64,000 bases of DNA. Source: Planctomycetota bacterium (GTDB lineage: Bacteria > Planctomycetota > B15-G4). This document shows positions 9,343 through 20,234 of this stretch, piece after piece; within the stretch, counting starts at the first letter, position 1, and every line of letters starts with the position of its first letter. Position numbers and translations under genes: made by a program. The notes beneath the pieces were generated by a model that was not told where the DNA came from, did no database searches, and saw only the letters and a list, made by a program, of their open reading frames with translations. The DNA lies in NCBI GenBank assembly GCA_038212275.1, contig JBBQUR010000024.1, positions 1 through 64,000 of the forward strand. The letters run 5' to 3'.

Positions 9343-9749
9343 GGGTGCTCCGCGATCCACTGGCTGCCGTCGGCGTACCATTCCTTCTTCCAGATCGGAA
9401 CCCGCCGCTTCAAGGTGTCGATGAGCCATTCGCACGCCACGAAGGCTTCCTTCCGATGCGGCGCCGACACCGCGATAGCCACGGCCAGTTCGCCGACCTC
9501 CAGGCTGCCGGTGCGGTGCACGAGTGCCACACGCGAGGCCCCATGCAGGCGTTGGGCCTCGCCGGCGAGGCTCTTCAATTCGTCCAGCGCCATGTCGCCG
9601 TAGGCCTCGTAATCGAGTCGCTGCACCGCCTGACCTCTGGCCTCGTGGCGCACGCGCCCGAGGAACAGCACCACGCCGCCCTCGCCCGGTCCTTCCACCG
9701 CCGCGAGCACGGATGGCACGTCGATCGGTTGCGTCGACACGAGAATCAC
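9339..9749 (-). CDS. moaE: Molybdopterin synthase catalytic subunit
   Basis: 'FLGRVR', 'LDYEAY..MA', 'HR.G.L.VGE', 'SAPHR.EAF', 'LK..VPIWKKE'. Confidence 0.95.
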   Translation of the reverse strand: MILVSTQPIDVPSVLAAVEGPGEGGVVLFLGRVRHEARGQAVQRLDYEAYGDMALDELKSLAGEAQRLHGASRVALVHRTGSLEVGELAVAIAVSAPHRKEAFVACEWLIDTLKRRVPIWKKEWYADGSQWIAEHP

Positions 9750-9751
9750 GC

Positions 9752-9988
9752 TCAGCCTCCCGACACCGGCGGAATGAGTGCGACCTCGTCACCCGGACGC
9801 ACCGCGTCGGCAGGTTGCGCATAGCGCCGATTCACGGCGACGCGAAAGCTCCTTCCCGCCAGGGCCGGTTCGAGCGCCGCCACGCGGACGACGAGGCGCG
9901 CGACATCGAGGCCACCCTCTGCGACGGTCAGCGCCAGCTCCCGCCGCCCCGCCAGTTCGGCGAGTCCGGCAAAGAGCAGCACGCGCAC
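9752..9988 (-). CDS. moaD: Molybdopterin synthase sulfur carrier subunit
   Basis: 78 aa ubiquitin-like protein ending 'GDEVALIPPVSGG'; next to moaE. Confidence 0.95.
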   Translation of the reverse strand: MRVLLFAGLAELAGRRELALTVAEGGLDVARLVVRVAALEPALAGRSFRVAVNRRYAQPADAVRPGDEVALIPPVSGG

Positions 9989-10020
9989 GACGGCTGCGTC
10001 GGCCTGCCCGGAGTCGCTCG

Positions 10021-10512
10021 TCAGAACGGCACCTCATCGAAGCCGGATTCCATCTCGCCGCCACCGCCGGCCGGGTGGCCCTGCTCGCCGGAGTGTCCGC
10101 CGCGCTGCCCTCCGCGCTGCCCGCCCCGCTCGCCACCACCACCATTACCACCACCACCGCCCTCGCCATCGCCGCGCTTGCCGCCGACGAACTCGAAGGT
10201 CTCGCCCGTGACCGAGAGCTTGCTGCGCTTGTTGCCTTCCTTGTCGTCCCACTGGCGGAAAGAGAGGCGTCCCTCGATGAAGATCGGATCGCCCTTCTTG
10301 AGGTACTGCGCGATGACCTCGCCTCGCTTGCCCCAGAAATCCACGTCGATGAACGTGACTTCCTCGCGCTTCTCGCCCCCGGGACCGCCCACCGTGTACG
10401 TGCGATTGGTGGCGAGACCCAGCGCCGTGACGGACTGTCCGCCCGACGTGGAACGCACCTCGGGATCACGGGTCAGGTTGCCCATGAGAATGACTTTGTT
10501 GTAGCTGGCCAT
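10021..10512 (-). CDS. ssb: Single-stranded DNA-binding protein
   Basis: 'NKVILMGNLTRDPE', OB fold, Gly-rich linker, acidic tip 'DEVPF'. Confidence 0.97.
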   Translation of the reverse strand: MASYNKVILMGNLTRDPEVRSTSGGQSVTALGLATNRTYTVGGPGGEKREEVTFIDVDFWGKRGEVIAQYLKKGDPIFIEGRLSFRQWDDKEGNKRSKLSVTGETFEFVGGKRGDGEGGGGGNGGGGERGGQRGGQRGGHSGEQGHPAGGGGEMESGFDEVPF

Positions 10513-10825
10513 GTGCTGTCCCTTGCTGACGCGCACTGCGCGCCGGTGATGTTTGCCGAGCGCCCGTCCCACGCGGGAGAGCGGTTGCGCCCGGAAACGG
10601 CATCTTGATGGTGTGGCGAGCGCGTCCGGCCGGCGCGGGCGACACGGCCCCTGCGCCGTCGGAACGCGGAGCGGCACATCCTACGGTTTCCATGCGTGAG
10701 CCGCGTGCCGGGACACGGGCCCACTGGATTTTCGTCGCCCCGGCCGTACCGTACGTCGGCCCGCGGGTGCGCTTGTTACAGCGAACCGGAAGCGGGCCTC
10801 CGACAGGCAGCCAGGCAGAGCACTC

Positions 10826-11167
10826 ATGACCGAACCACTGCGGCCCAAAGAGCGTCGTCTCCACCCGCGTTACACCGTCGAGGGCACGATCGAGCTGGGC
10901 GGGGCGGACGGCCCGGCCTACCTGCGAGACCTCAGCATGTCGGGCCTGTCGTGCCTCGCGCCGAGGGCGTTCGACGACATGACCGTGCTCGAGATCGCGA
11001 TGCACCTGCCGTTCCCCGAGGGCAAGCAGCTCTTCAAGGCCGGCGGTGCCGTGGTGCGCTGCGAGGCCGAAGCCAAGGGTGGCCACATGCTGGCCGTGTT
11101 CTTCACGCAGATGGATGCGGCCAACTCCAAGCTGCTGGCGGACTTCATCCAGCGCCAGGCGCGCTGA
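10826..11167 (+). CDS. Stand-alone PilZ domain protein (c-di-GMP receptor)
   Basis: RxxxR ('RRLHPR') and DxSxxG ('DLSMSG') motifs, 'VVRC', 113 aa. Confidence 0.85.
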   Translation: MTEPLRPKERRLHPRYTVEGTIELGGADGPAYLRDLSMSGLSCLAPRAFDDMTVLEIAMHLPFPEGKQLFKAGGAVVRCEAEAKGGHMLAVFFTQMDAANSKLLADFIQRQAR

Positions 11168-11257
11168 CCGCCGTCCAGCGGCCCTCTGTCGGACGCGCGC
11201 ACCGGCCCATCGGCCCATGCCGCCGAGGCGCGCACCGCTCCCGGTTTCGCCCGTCGC

Positions 11258-12142
11258 TCAGGCGCGGCGCGCAGCCACCACGCGCTCGATGCCGGCCAGG
11301 TCGCAGTGCACGGCCACCCATCCGTAGCCGGACACGGAACAGAGGCCGGCCACGAGCCCGGCCTGCCCCGCGCCGATCTCCGTGAGCAGCCAGCCGCCCG
11401 GCAAGAGCGCCGCACGCGCCTCGTGCAGCAGCCGCGCGAACATGGCCTGCGGGCTGCCCTCGCAGGGCACCAGCGCCATGCGCGGTTCGTGCAGGCGCAC
11501 ATCGTCCGCGAGGTGCTCGTACTCGGCCGCCGAGACATACGGCGGATTGGCGAGCACGGCCGCCATCGAGGAGGCCCGCAGGTGAGTCAGGCCGTCGGCC
11601 TGCACGAGCAGCACGCGGTCGCCGGCGCCCTGCGCCGCCACATTGCTCGCGGCGACCTCGAGCGCGTCGCGACTGAGGTCCGACGCCACCACCGGCCGCC
11701 AGGCGCACACGGAGAGCGCGAGGTTGCCGCTGCCCGTGCCCCGGTCCGCCACGGGCCCCGGCGGCAGCGCGCCGGAGGCGTGCAACTCCAGCACGGCCTC
11801 CACCAGCAATTCGGTTTCGGGCCGCGGCACGAGGACGCGCGCATCGACGGCCAACTCCAGCTCGCGGAACGCGCGTCGACCGAGCAGGTAGGCAACAGGC
11901 TCGCCGCTGCACGCGCGACGCTGCACGAGCGCATCCGCCGTCGCGATCTCGCTCGCCTCCACCACGTGACGCAGGAGCAGCCCGGCGCGCGTCGTGCCGA
12001 GCGCGTGGGCCAGCAGCAGCTCGGCTTCGAGCGCCGCCGTGGCGACATCTCCGGCGCGGGGCAGCAGCTGCGCCCTCAAGCGGCGCAGGGCGACCTCGAC
12101 GGGAGTGCGCTGCTCAGCGCTTGCGACCGCGCTTCCCCGCAT
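11258..12142 (-). CDS. prmC: Release factor glutamine methyltransferase
   Basis: 'GEPVAYLLG', 'VLVPRPETE', 'GTGSG', 'NPPY', 'HEPRMAL'; start approximate. Confidence 0.95.
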   Translation of the reverse strand: MRGSAVASAEQRTPVEVALRRLRAQLLPRAGDVATAALEAELLLAHALGTTRAGLLLRHVVEASEIATADALVQRRACSGEPVAYLLGRRAFRELELAVDARVLVPRPETELLVEAVLELHASGALPPGPVADRGTGSGNLALSVCAWRPVVASDLSRDALEVAASNVAAQGAGDRVLLVQADGLTHLRASSMAAVLANPPYVSAAEYEHLADDVRLHEPRMALVPCEGSPQAMFARLLHEARAALLPGGWLLTEIGAGQAGLVAGLCSVSGYGWVAVHCDLAGIERVVAARRA

Positions 12143-13076
12143 CGTCGGCGGCCGCGTCGGCCTTCGCCGACTTGCCGTCGCCCTTCGCGTCGGCCGGCTT
12201 GGCGCCCGCCTTGGCGGCATCGTCCTTGCCCTTGCGCGGGGCCCGCGCCGTGCCGTCGTCGGGCTTCTTCTTCACGACCTTCAGGATGACGATGACCAGC
12301 GAGAGCACCATGATCGACGAACCCACGAGCGCGAGCATCACGCCCGGACCCGCGACGACGAAGAGCTTCTCGAGGCGCAGCTTGAGCGACAGCTCGGATA
12401 CCTTGCTCCAGGCGTCCAGCGTGCGCGACCAGCTGGCCCACGCCGGCACGAGCATCAGGAACACCGGCAGGATTTTCTGCCTGCCGGAGTAGATGCCGTA
12501 GCACGCGGTGAACATCAGCCACACCGAGATCGCGAGGCACAGCGCCCCCATCGGCAGCTGGTAGCCCGCGGGCGGTTCGGTGACGCCCAGCGTCGGCAGT
12601 CCCTGCTCGGCGATCCACGACAGCGACGTGCCCCACGGCAGCAGGCAGCCGATCGCGACGAGCAGTCCGCACGCGAAGAAGCGATACAGCTCGGGCAGGC
12701 CTCGGCCGCCGAAGAAGATGGCGGAGAAGGGCGGGAGGGGCGCGGGCGCGCCGTACTGCCACACCCACATGCCGTCCTCGGCCGTTGCGGCAGCTCCCGC
12801 AGTCGCGGCAGCGACGGGCGCCGCGGCCGCGGATGTGGCTTCAGGCGGAACCTCGCACAGCACGTCCGCGCCGGCGGGCGAACCCGTGGCCGATGTCGTG
12901 GAGCTGCCTTCGACCTTTTCGGCCGAGATGAGCGCATCCCGCAGCGCTGCATCCGCCGCCGGCGTGGCCGCGGCCGGCAACGCACTCAGCTCGAGTTCGC
13001 TCTTCGGGTCATCGAGGCTCTCCAGCGAGAGGTCCAGGTCGAGTTCGAGGTCGTCCAGCTCTTCGGGCTCGGTCAC
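12114..13076 (-). CDS. Hypothetical membrane protein (acidic N-terminus, 3-4 TM helices, Lys-rich C-tail)
   Basis: Fills the gap between prfA and prmC with tight spacing; hydrophobic helices; GC3-rich codons. Confidence 0.7.
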   Translation of the reverse strand: MTEPEELDDLELDLDLSLESLDDPKSELELSALPAAATPAADAALRDALISAEKVEGSSTTSATGSPAGADVLCEVPPEATSAAAAPVAAATAGAAATAEDGMWVWQYGAPAPLPPFSAIFFGGRGLPELYRFFACGLLVAIGCLLPWGTSLSWIAEQGLPTLGVTEPPAGYQLPMGALCLAISVWLMFTACYGIYSGRQKILPVFLMLVPAWASWSRTLDAWSKVSELSLKLRLEKLFVVAGPGVMLALVGSSIMVLSLVIVILKVVKKKPDDGTARAPRKGKDDAAKAGAKPADAKGDGKSAKADAAADDAGKRGRKR

Positions 13077-13077
13077 G

Positions 13078-14151
13078 TCAGGATGCTCCTTGTGCCAGGG
13101 CTGCCAGCTTGAGTTCCAGGTCGCGTCGTCGCAGGTCCTCGACGATCGCTTCGAGGTGCCCGAGCACCACCGTCTCGAGACTGTAACTCGTCTTGATGCG
13201 GTGGTCAGTCACCCGGTTCTGCGGGAAGTTGTACGTCCGGATGCGCTCGCTGCGATCGCCCGAGCCGATCTGGCTGCGGCGGCTGCTGTCCTGCGCCGAC
13301 TTGCGCGCCTGATCCTGGGCGTCCTTGAGCCGGGTGCGCAGCATGCGCATCGCCTTGCTCTTGTTCTTGTGCTGGCTCGACTCGTCCTGGCACTGGACGA
13401 CGGTGTTCGTGGGCAGGTGCGTGATGCGGATCGCGCTGGAGGTCTTGTTGACGCTCTGGCCTCCCGGTCCGCTGCTGCGAAAGGTGTCGATGCGCAAGTC
13501 GCTTTCCTTCACCGGGATGTCCACCTCCTCGGCTTCGGGGAGCACGGCCACGGTGGCCGCGGACGTGTGGATGCGTCCCTGGCTCTCCGTCTCGGGGACG
13601 CGCTGTACGCGGTGGCCGCCCGCCTCGTAACGGAAGAGATCCCAGGCCTTCGGGCCGGACACGGCCAGCACGGCTTCCTTGCAGCCGCCGACCTCGCTCG
13701 GGCTGACGGACATCAGCTCCACGGAACAGCCCTGCTGTTCCGCGAAGCGCGTGTACAGGCGCACCAGATCGCCGGCGAAGAGCGAGGCCTCGTCGCCGCC
13801 CGTGCCGGCGCGCACCTCGAGCATCACGTTGCGCCCGCGGTCCGGATCATCGTCGGCCAGCTGGCGCTTGAGCTCCTCGACCATGGCCTCCTGGGCGGCG
13901 GTCACTTCGGCGAGCTCATCCCGCGCCATCGAGCGCACTTCGGGATCGGCGTCGGCGAGCATCGCGTCCGTGCCGTCCCTGCGGCGCTGCAGCGCGTCCC
14001 AGCGCTCCCAGGTCTGCGCCTTGTCGCGCAGCGCGCCCATCTCGCGCAGCAGCGCGGCGAGACGCGTCGGCTGCGCGTGCACTTCGGGATCCTGCAGGGC
14101 CGCTTCCAGCGCACGGTAGCGCTCGGCGGACTCCTTCAGGCGCGAGAACAT
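13078..14151 (-). CDS. prfA: Peptide chain release factor 1
   Basis: 'RAGTGGDEA', '[10 protein letters not shown]' (PxT), GGQ motif, '[17 protein letters not shown]'. Confidence 0.98.
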   Translation of the reverse strand: MFSRLKESAERYRALEAALQDPEVHAQPTRLAALLREMGALRDKAQTWERWDALQRRRDGTDAMLADADPEVRSMARDELAEVTAAQEAMVEELKRQLADDDPDRGRNVMLEVRAGTGGDEASLFAGDLVRLYTRFAEQQGCSVELMSVSPSEVGGCKEAVLAVSGPKAWDLFRYEAGGHRVQRVPETESQGRIHTSAATVAVLPEAEEVDIPVKESDLRIDTFRSSGPGGQSVNKTSSAIRITHLPTNTVVQCQDESSQHKNKSKAMRMLRTRLKDAQDQARKSAQDSSRRSQIGSGDRSERIRTYNFPQNRVTDHRIKTSYSLETVVLGHLEAIVEDLRRRDLELKLAALAQGAS

Positions 14152-14188
14152 GGCAGCGCGTAGCCGCGGCGGCGGACCGCGCGCGCGC

Positions 14189-14422
14189 TCAGTCGTCCTT
14201 GGCCGCGCCTGCCGGAACCGGCTTCTTGGCGCCCACGCGCTTCATGTACTTCTCGATGCGGCCCGCGGTGTCCACGAACTTCTGCTGACCCGTGTAGAAC
14301 GGGTGGCAGGCCGAGCAGATTTCCACGGCGATCTTCTGGCGCGTCGAGCGCGTCTGAAACGTGCTGCCACAGCCGCACGTGACCGTGCAGGCGATGTACT
14401 TCGGGTGGATGTCGGCCTTCAT
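14189..14422 (-). CDS. rpmE: 50S ribosomal protein L31 (zinc-binding type)
   Basis: 'MKADIHPKY', CxC and CxxC, '[18 protein letters not shown]'. Confidence 0.97.
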   Translation of the reverse strand: MKADIHPKYIACTVTCGCGSTFQTRSTRQKIAVEICSACHPFYTGQQKFVDTAGRIEKYMKRVGAKKPVPAGAAKDD

Positions 14423-14564
14423 GGCTGGAACCTCGCGGACTTCAGAGGGCGGGCTTGCGATCGTCGCGGCCGCCATTTGGCGCCACGGGACGAACCGTGC
14501 AGTTTACGGGTATGCCAGGATCGATCAAGCCCGGTCAGCCGGCCGTCGGGGAGGGCGGGCGGAA

Positions 14565-15068
14565 CTACTCCCTGGCCAGGGCCAGCAACTCGGCCGTCAC
14601 GGGGACCTTCGCGCCGGGAACCAGCCCGTGGCGGGCGCACCAGCCCTGATTCAACTCCAGCACCATGCGCGCCGGCCGGAGCGAGTGATAGCCGGGCTTC
14701 TCGACGCCCGGCTGGGCCGCGGTGATGTTCTGAATCGTGCCGTCCGCATCGAGGAAGAGGATGTCGAGCGGAAGGTAGGTGTTGTGCATCCAGAAGGTGC
14801 GGGGCCGGTCATCCGGGAAGATGAAGAGCATGCCGGCGTCCTCGCCGAGGCGCGTGCGGTTCATCAGGCCCTGGCTGCGCTGGGCATCCGTGACGGCGAG
14901 TTCCACGAGCACATCGTGGGTGCCACCCGTCACCGGCAGGGAAAGCGTCACGGGGTCTGCCGGGCCACCTGGCGCAGGATCCAGATCGTGACCAGGCTGC
15001 CTGGCTTCCTGGCAGGCGACGACGAGCAGCAGCGCCGCGAGCAGTGGCAGGGATCGGCAACCCATCAT
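14565..15068 (-). CDS. DUF192 family lipoprotein
   Basis: Lipobox 'LVVAC', 'GLMNR', 'GMLFIF', 'FWMHNTYLPLDILF', 'VLELNQG'. Confidence 0.9.
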   Translation of the reverse strand: MMGCRSLPLLAALLLVVACQEARQPGHDLDPAPGGPADPVTLSLPVTGGTHDVLVELAVTDAQRSQGLMNRTRLGEDAGMLFIFPDDRPRTFWMHNTYLPLDILFLDADGTIQNITAAQPGVEKPGYHSLRPARMVLELNQGWCARHGLVPGAKVPVTAELLALARE

Positions 15069-15652
15069 CGGGAATCCTCGTCGAGGCGTGCGAGCAGCTC
15101 CTGCACCAGCGCCAGCGGCAGGCCGACCACGGTGTCGGTGTCGCCGCTCACGATGCGGGCGAAGGCGGAGGCGCGGTCCTGAATGGCGTAGGAGCCGGCC
15201 TTGCCCTCCCACTCGCGCGAGGCAACGTATCCGTCCAGAGTCTCCGCGTCGAGTCTCGCGAACGAGACCTCGGCCACGGCGAGCCCCGAGACCAGCGGGC
15301 CGTCGGGGAGCGCCAGCAGAGCCACCGCGGACAGCACGAAGTGCGTGCGGCCGGACAGGCTGGCCAGCATGGCGCGTGCTTCGTCCTCGTCGGCGGGTTT
15401 GCCCAGCGCGACACCGTCGCGCTCGATGAGCGTGTCGCCGCCGAGCACGGTGCCGACGCGCCGTCCGGCCGCGCCCGCCCGCGCCTTGGCCTGCGCCAGG
15501 CGCTCGCAGGTGCGCCGGGCGCTCTCCCCCGCCAGCGGAGCTTCGTCGACGTCCGTGTCCACGAGCTCGAAGCGGCAGCCGGCCTCGGCCAGCAACTGCG
15601 CGCGCCGCGGCGAGCGCGACGCGAGCAGGATCGGCCGGAGGCGCGGCGGCAC
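15065..15652 (-). CDS. maf: Maf family nucleoside triphosphate pyrophosphatase
   Basis: 'ILLASRSPRR', 'GGDT', 'LGKP', 'KAGSYAIQ', 'VVGLPL'; start estimated at GTG 15652. Confidence 0.9.
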   Translation of the reverse strand: MPPRLRPILLASRSPRRAQLLAEAGCRFELVDTDVDEAPLAGESARRTCERLAQAKARAGAAGRRVGTVLGGDTLIERDGVALGKPADEDEARAMLASLSGRTHFVLSAVALLALPDGPLVSGLAVAEVSFARLDAETLDGYVASREWEGKAGSYAIQDRASAFARIVSGDTDTVVGLPLALVQELLARLDEDSR

Positions 15653-15675
15653 CGCGAGCGGGCGGGACGGACGGG

Positions 15676-16533
15676 TCAGGCCAGCAGCTCCGTCGCGGCA
15701 TCGGGCCAGGTCTCGCCGGCGGCCCCGAGCTGCGTGACATGTGCCGCGACACGCACGAGATCCGTCTTCGGTGCGAGCGCGGACAGGTCCTTGCGCACGC
15801 GGGTCACCGCGGCCGAATCCGTGAGTCCGAGCTTGAGAGAGGCCTCGGCGAGTTCCTGCGTGACGTGCACCAGCTTGTCGTCGCCCGAGAGCCACTGCGC
15901 AAGCGCCACCGCGTTGTGCGCGCCGAGGTCGTCGAGGTCCAGCAGGTACTCGACTTGCTCCTTCGACTTCAGTCCGAGCAGGAATTCGAGCGACGTGTCG
16001 TTGCGATCGCCGTAGATCTGCTCGATGAGTTCCCGCACCCGACGCCCGCGCTCGATGAGCTTGCGATGCGTGCTCTGCGCGACGCGCCCGGGCCCGAGGA
16101 GCATCCGCGCCAGTTCCGTCGGGCGCGAGACGCGCACGTCGTTCCAGTCGATGAAGTGCTCCTTGAGCGCGGCCATGTAGCGCAGCGTGACGTCGGCCGG
16201 ATGGCCTTCGCGCACGACCAGATACACGGCCTTCTCGAGGACGGTGCCGTCTTCGGGAAGCGTCAGCTCGCCGAACAACTTGTCGAGCACCGGCAGCGCT
16301 TTCTCGAGGCGCGACTTCGGCGTGCCCTTCAGCTTGCGCGGCGCCGGCTTGGCAGCGGCCTTCTTGTCGGCAGCGAGCTTGGCCACCTTTGCGGCCTTGG
16401 CCTCCTTGGCGGCCTTGGCCTTGGTCGTCGCGGCGGCCAGCGCGCGGTGCGCCGCCTTCGCGTCGATCTTGGGAGCCGACTTGGCGGACCTGGGCTTCGG
16501 CGACGCCTTGGCGCCCTTGTGTGCGGTGGTCAT
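15676..16533 (-). CDS. Hypothetical protein: Lys/Ala-rich N-tail plus endonuclease III/HhH-GPD-like domain
   Basis: 'LKEHFIDWNDVRVSRPTELA' and 'SLEFL..EQVEYLLDLDDLG' resemble HhH-GPD-like proteins; similarity is by recall only. Confidence 0.6.
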   Translation of the reverse strand: MTTAHKGAKASPKPRSAKSAPKIDAKAAHRALAAATTKAKAAKEAKAAKVAKLAADKKAAAKPAPRKLKGTPKSRLEKALPVLDKLFGELTLPEDGTVLEKAVYLVVREGHPADVTLRYMAALKEHFIDWNDVRVSRPTELARMLLGPGRVAQSTHRKLIERGRRVRELIEQIYGDRNDTSLEFLLGLKSKEQVEYLLDLDDLGAHNAVALAQWLSGDDKLVHVTQELAEASLKLGLTDSAAVTRVRKDLSALAPKTDLVRVAAHVTQLGAAGETWPDAATELLA

Positions 16534-16541
16534 CCGCGCGG

Positions 16542-16838
16542 TCAGGCCGGGCCGGCTGCCGGGGCCGGGGCCGCGGGAAGCGGCTGGCCCTTGCGGACGC
16601 CGAGCTTGCGGAAGAACGACGCCACGGTGTCGGTGGGCTGCGCGCCCACGGAGAGCCAGTGAAGGGCGCGCTCCTTGTTCAGCACGACCTTGTCGTCGAT
16701 CGACTTGCCTTGCGGGTTGTAGCTGCCGAGCTCCTCGATCGGCGCGCCGTCACGACGGGTGCGCGCGTCGAAGACGCAGATGCGATAGGCGGGGCGGTTT
16801 TTCCGCCCGATGCGCTTGAGCCGGATTCTCGCGGCCAT
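16542..16838 (-). CDS. rpsP: 30S ribosomal protein S16
   Basis: 'IRLKRIGRKNRPAYRI..D.RTRRDG..IEELGSYNP', 'WLSVGAQPTDTV'. Confidence 0.98.
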   Translation of the reverse strand: MAARIRLKRIGRKNRPAYRICVFDARTRRDGAPIEELGSYNPQGKSIDDKVVLNKERALHWLSVGAQPTDTVASFFRKLGVRKGQPLPAAPAPAAGPA

Positions 16839-16907
16839 GCTGTTCTCTCTCCTGGGAAAATGGTGTGGAAGCCGGTGCCCGGGAGTCGGGCGTCGGTGTC
16901 GGGGTCT

Positions 16908-18407
<1,500 letters not shown>

Positions 18408-18533
18408 CGGTGAGTCCGTGGAGACACCCGACTTGGCGGGCTGGCGGGAAACGCGGCAGCTTACCGCAGGGCCCTATCGCGGCTCAAGGAACGGCGCGCT
18501 GCGGGATCGGCGTGGGGCGCGTGGGGGCTTGGT

Positions 18534-18632
18534 CGGCTCGGGGGGCTTGTCCGACGCTGCGCCCCCGGGGCGGAAGGACGCGTGGGGATTCCGGGAGCGG
18601 CGCCTTTCGCGCCGGACAAGCCCCCCGATCCG
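18534..18632. repeat. ~99-bp palindromic repeat, copy 1
   Basis: Perfect 15-bp arms CGGGGGGCTTGTCCG (18539-18553) and CGGACAAGCCCCCCG (18613-18627); about 12 differences from the reverse complement of 20030-20127. Confidence 0.9.
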
Positions 18633-18742
18633 CCCAAGCCGGGACGCGGGTCTCCGATGCCGCGGCGGCCGGTCCTTTCGGGAACAGCTTTCTGCGGACG
18701 CTACGCGCTCGGGAGCATGAACGCATGGCGGAATGCAGGTGC

Positions 18743-19777
18743 TCAGGGATCGATCCACCGGCTCATCCAGCGCACGGCGCGGCGATCCCAGAGAACAAAG
18801 GCTTCACCATACTGGACGTCCGCTGCCACCGGCGTGGCCTGCATCGAGCCGGTTGCCAGGTCGACGACGAGAAGCTCGAAGTCCATGTAGGGCACTCCGT
18901 GTCCCATGTAGCTTGCCAGGCTCTCGAGAGGACCGGTACCCATGCGCTGCTCGCCGCACACGACGGCCAGCTTCGTTCCGTCCGGGCTCCAGGCGATGTC
19001 CGTGATCAGGCGTTCGATCGCGAGGTCGTGCAAGACCTGACCGGTCTGCGCATCGAGGACCATGAGGTGGTGCGTCCAAGGGTCCCCGTCCGGCGGCGGC
19101 ACGCGGAACGCGAGTCTCGTGCCGTCACCCGACCAGGTGACGATGGTTCGGAGCCGCTCCATCACGGTGGCGTCGGCCGGGCACCTCGTCCACGCGCGCA
19201 GGTCGACGAAGCCCATGCATCGGCCGGTGCTGTCCATGATCAATGCTCGGTTCAAGTCGGCCTCGGGCACGAAGATGTGCAACTTCCTTTGGTACTCGTC
19301 CAGTTCCCAATCCTCGGGGAGGCGCCACGCCTCTGGAGTGCCGTGCTCCTTGACAGCGTCGAAGGCGCGGTCGCTCAACTGTTTGCAGAAGTTGAAGTAG
19401 GCGTTGAACGCCGCCTCGACACTGTCGCCGCCGCCGGCGACGGTGAGGCCTTCGTCCGTCGGCATGCGCGGCGACGAAGCGATGACCTCGCTCGCTGGTG
19501 CCGCATGGTCATCACCGGCCGCTTCGTTCGACGCCGCACCTGGCGCCGGTCCACGCGGATCCTCTCGTGTCACGGCGATGAACCAGTCCCGATCCTCGCC
19601 GAGGTAGCCCTCGCGACACTCGATGAGGATGGCCTGATCGGGCTCCGTGCGGAGCACCTCCTCCGCGGCCTGCGTCGCGCGCCACGTCGCACAGCCCGAC
19701 GACCCGAACCACAGCAAGCAAGCCGCCAGCACGGCCAACCCGCGGAGCCGCGCCAGCACTGAAGCCGCACGCCACAC
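18743..19777 (-). CDS. Hypothetical lipoprotein with WD40/TolB-like (PD40) repeats
   Basis: Signal 'LAVLAACLLWFGSSGC'; 'TWSGDGTRLAF' and 'AWSPDGTKLAV' repeats; start uncertain (GTG 19777 or 19759). Confidence 0.7.
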   Translation of the reverse strand: MWRAASVLARLRGLAVLAACLLWFGSSGCATWRATQAAEEVLRTEPDQAILIECREGYLGEDRDWFIAVTREDPRGPAPGAASNEAAGDDHAAPASEVIASSPRMPTDEGLTVAGGGDSVEAAFNAYFNFCKQLSDRAFDAVKEHGTPEAWRLPEDWELDEYQRKLHIFVPEADLNRALIMDSTGRCMGFVDLRAWTRCPADATVMERLRTIVTWSGDGTRLAFRVPPPDGDPWTHHLMVLDAQTGQVLHDLAIERLITDIAWSPDGTKLAVVCGEQRMGTGPLESLASYMGHGVPYMDFELLVVDLATGSMQATPVAADVQYGEAFVLWDRRAVRWMSRWIDP

Positions 19778-20029
19778 GTTCCCTCGCCTGCCTTGCTCCC
19801 TCAACGCCGCGCGCAGCATCCCGTTCAATCTCTTTCCCCACCATGAGTTCGCGCGACTCCAACCCGAGGCATTCGCGCATTGACCTCGCCTCGCCCGCAC
19901 TGCCTCTGACTTGTAAACCAGCGGACCTGGTTCCCGGTGCCGGCCTCCGGCCACCGCTCCCCAGCCGCGCAGCGAAGCCGGCGCCGAGGACTCCTCTCCA
20001 CGAACGGAGCCGGTCGTCTCGGCAAGCGA

Positions 20030-20127
20030 CGGATCGGGGGGTTGCCCGGCGCGAAAGGCGCCGCTCCCGGAATTCCCGCGCGTTCACCTGTCCCAGGGGC
20101 GCAGCGCCGGGCAAGCCCCCCGAGCCG
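20030..20127. repeat. ~98-bp palindromic repeat, copy 2 (inverted relative to copy 1)
   Basis: Arms CGGGGGGTTGCCCGGCGC and GCGCCGGGCAAGCCCCCCG with a one-base bulge; shares the 28-nt core ATTCCGGGAGCGGCGCCTTTCGCGCCGG with copy 1 on the opposite strand. Confidence 0.9.
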
Positions 20128-20234
20128 GCGCACACCGCACCCCACCCGACACTCCCGTCTCCGCGACCCAAGAGTCCTCGGCGCCGGCGAAGCAAAGCGG
20201 CGTCGCAGCGATCGCCCGATGAGCCGTCTCCGGC

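Noticed and set aside
10513..10825. ncRNA or riboswitch between ssb and the PilZ gene
   Set aside because: No recognisable aptamer motif or terminator.
18534..18632. Hairpin upstream of ffh as SRP (4.5S) RNA
   Set aside because: Lacks the CAGG-GNRA-AGCAG domain IV signature on either strand, and has a second inverted copy, which fits a repeat.
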